Below, piece after piece: positions 63,630-64,000 of a stretch of DNA of 64,000 nt. Where the stretch lies: the NCBI GenBank assembly GCA_010909165.1, contig MU008204.1:367260-431259 (forward strand), in the 5' to 3' direction. Both the position numbers and the translations under genes were made by a program. Every line of letters starts with the position of its first letter. Position 1 is the stretch's first letter. The notes beneath the pieces were generated by a model, which saw only the letters and a program-made list of their open reading frames with translations, was not told where the DNA came from and did not search any database. Origin of the DNA: Anthoceros angustus (Eukaryota > Plantae > Anthocerotophyta).

Positions 63630-64000
63630 TCGTGATCGTGGATTTGATGCCGAATCGCCGTTGACAAAACAGGGAAATCGCCAACGCATGGTGATGATTG
63701 AGCACTTCTCCAAGTGGGTGGAGGTAGCGTTCGAGGACCTCACACTACACCACAGCCTTTCCGAGCAGGTAAAAGCATTCGGAGTCGGTGCTGCCTGATC
63801 GATCGTGGCAACACAGAGGCGTAATTTTGACGCTGTGGATGCAAGTTTGATTGACCATGTGAAGACATCTCGGATCATCCTCAAGCTCATGGTCCGGGCA
63901 GAGGTTGGTTCGTATATTCAAGGATGCTCTGAAGTATCAGATCACCGTGGAACCCAAGTGCGGGATGAGTTGCCCCTTATATTGTGTTGGGTTATAGAGT
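63630..64000 (+). mobile_element. Ty3/Gypsy integrase (rve) fragment, runs off the window end
   Basis: MVMIEHFSKWVEV...IDHVKTS/DHPQAHG...WDELP...LGYR. Confidence 0.8.

Overview
Eukaryotic nuclear DNA from an early-diverging land plant. A hornwort is most likely, inferred from the PGxSWWTD ('WW-type') PG-box of the PPR genes. 1-13.7 kb: two tandem minus-strand PLS-class PPR RNA-editing-factor genes. The second is swollen to about 60 motifs by near-identical internal block duplications and stops just after the PG box. 14-19 kb: an AT-rich island with an intact intronless PLATZ zinc-finger ORF, convergent with a decayed DUF7869/Sola-like DDD transposase that has a probable degenerate PHD finger downstream of it. 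19-23 kb: retroelement debris (chromodomain plus LTR start, RT fragment) up to an assembly gap (N at 22861). About 23-50.7 kb: a CACTA (En/Spm) element, split by a full-length Ty3/Gypsy (Athila/Phygy-like) insertion at 32211-46336 whose ~4.3 kb LTRs carry protein-coding sequence. 50.7-64 kb: further CACTA-like ends, tandem repeats, related accessory-ORF retroelement fragments in both orientations, and an integrase fragment. Sequence after the gap, and inside repeats, is full of small deletions typical of unpolished long reads, so many frameshifts may be artefacts. All motif calls were made by eye; no searches were run.
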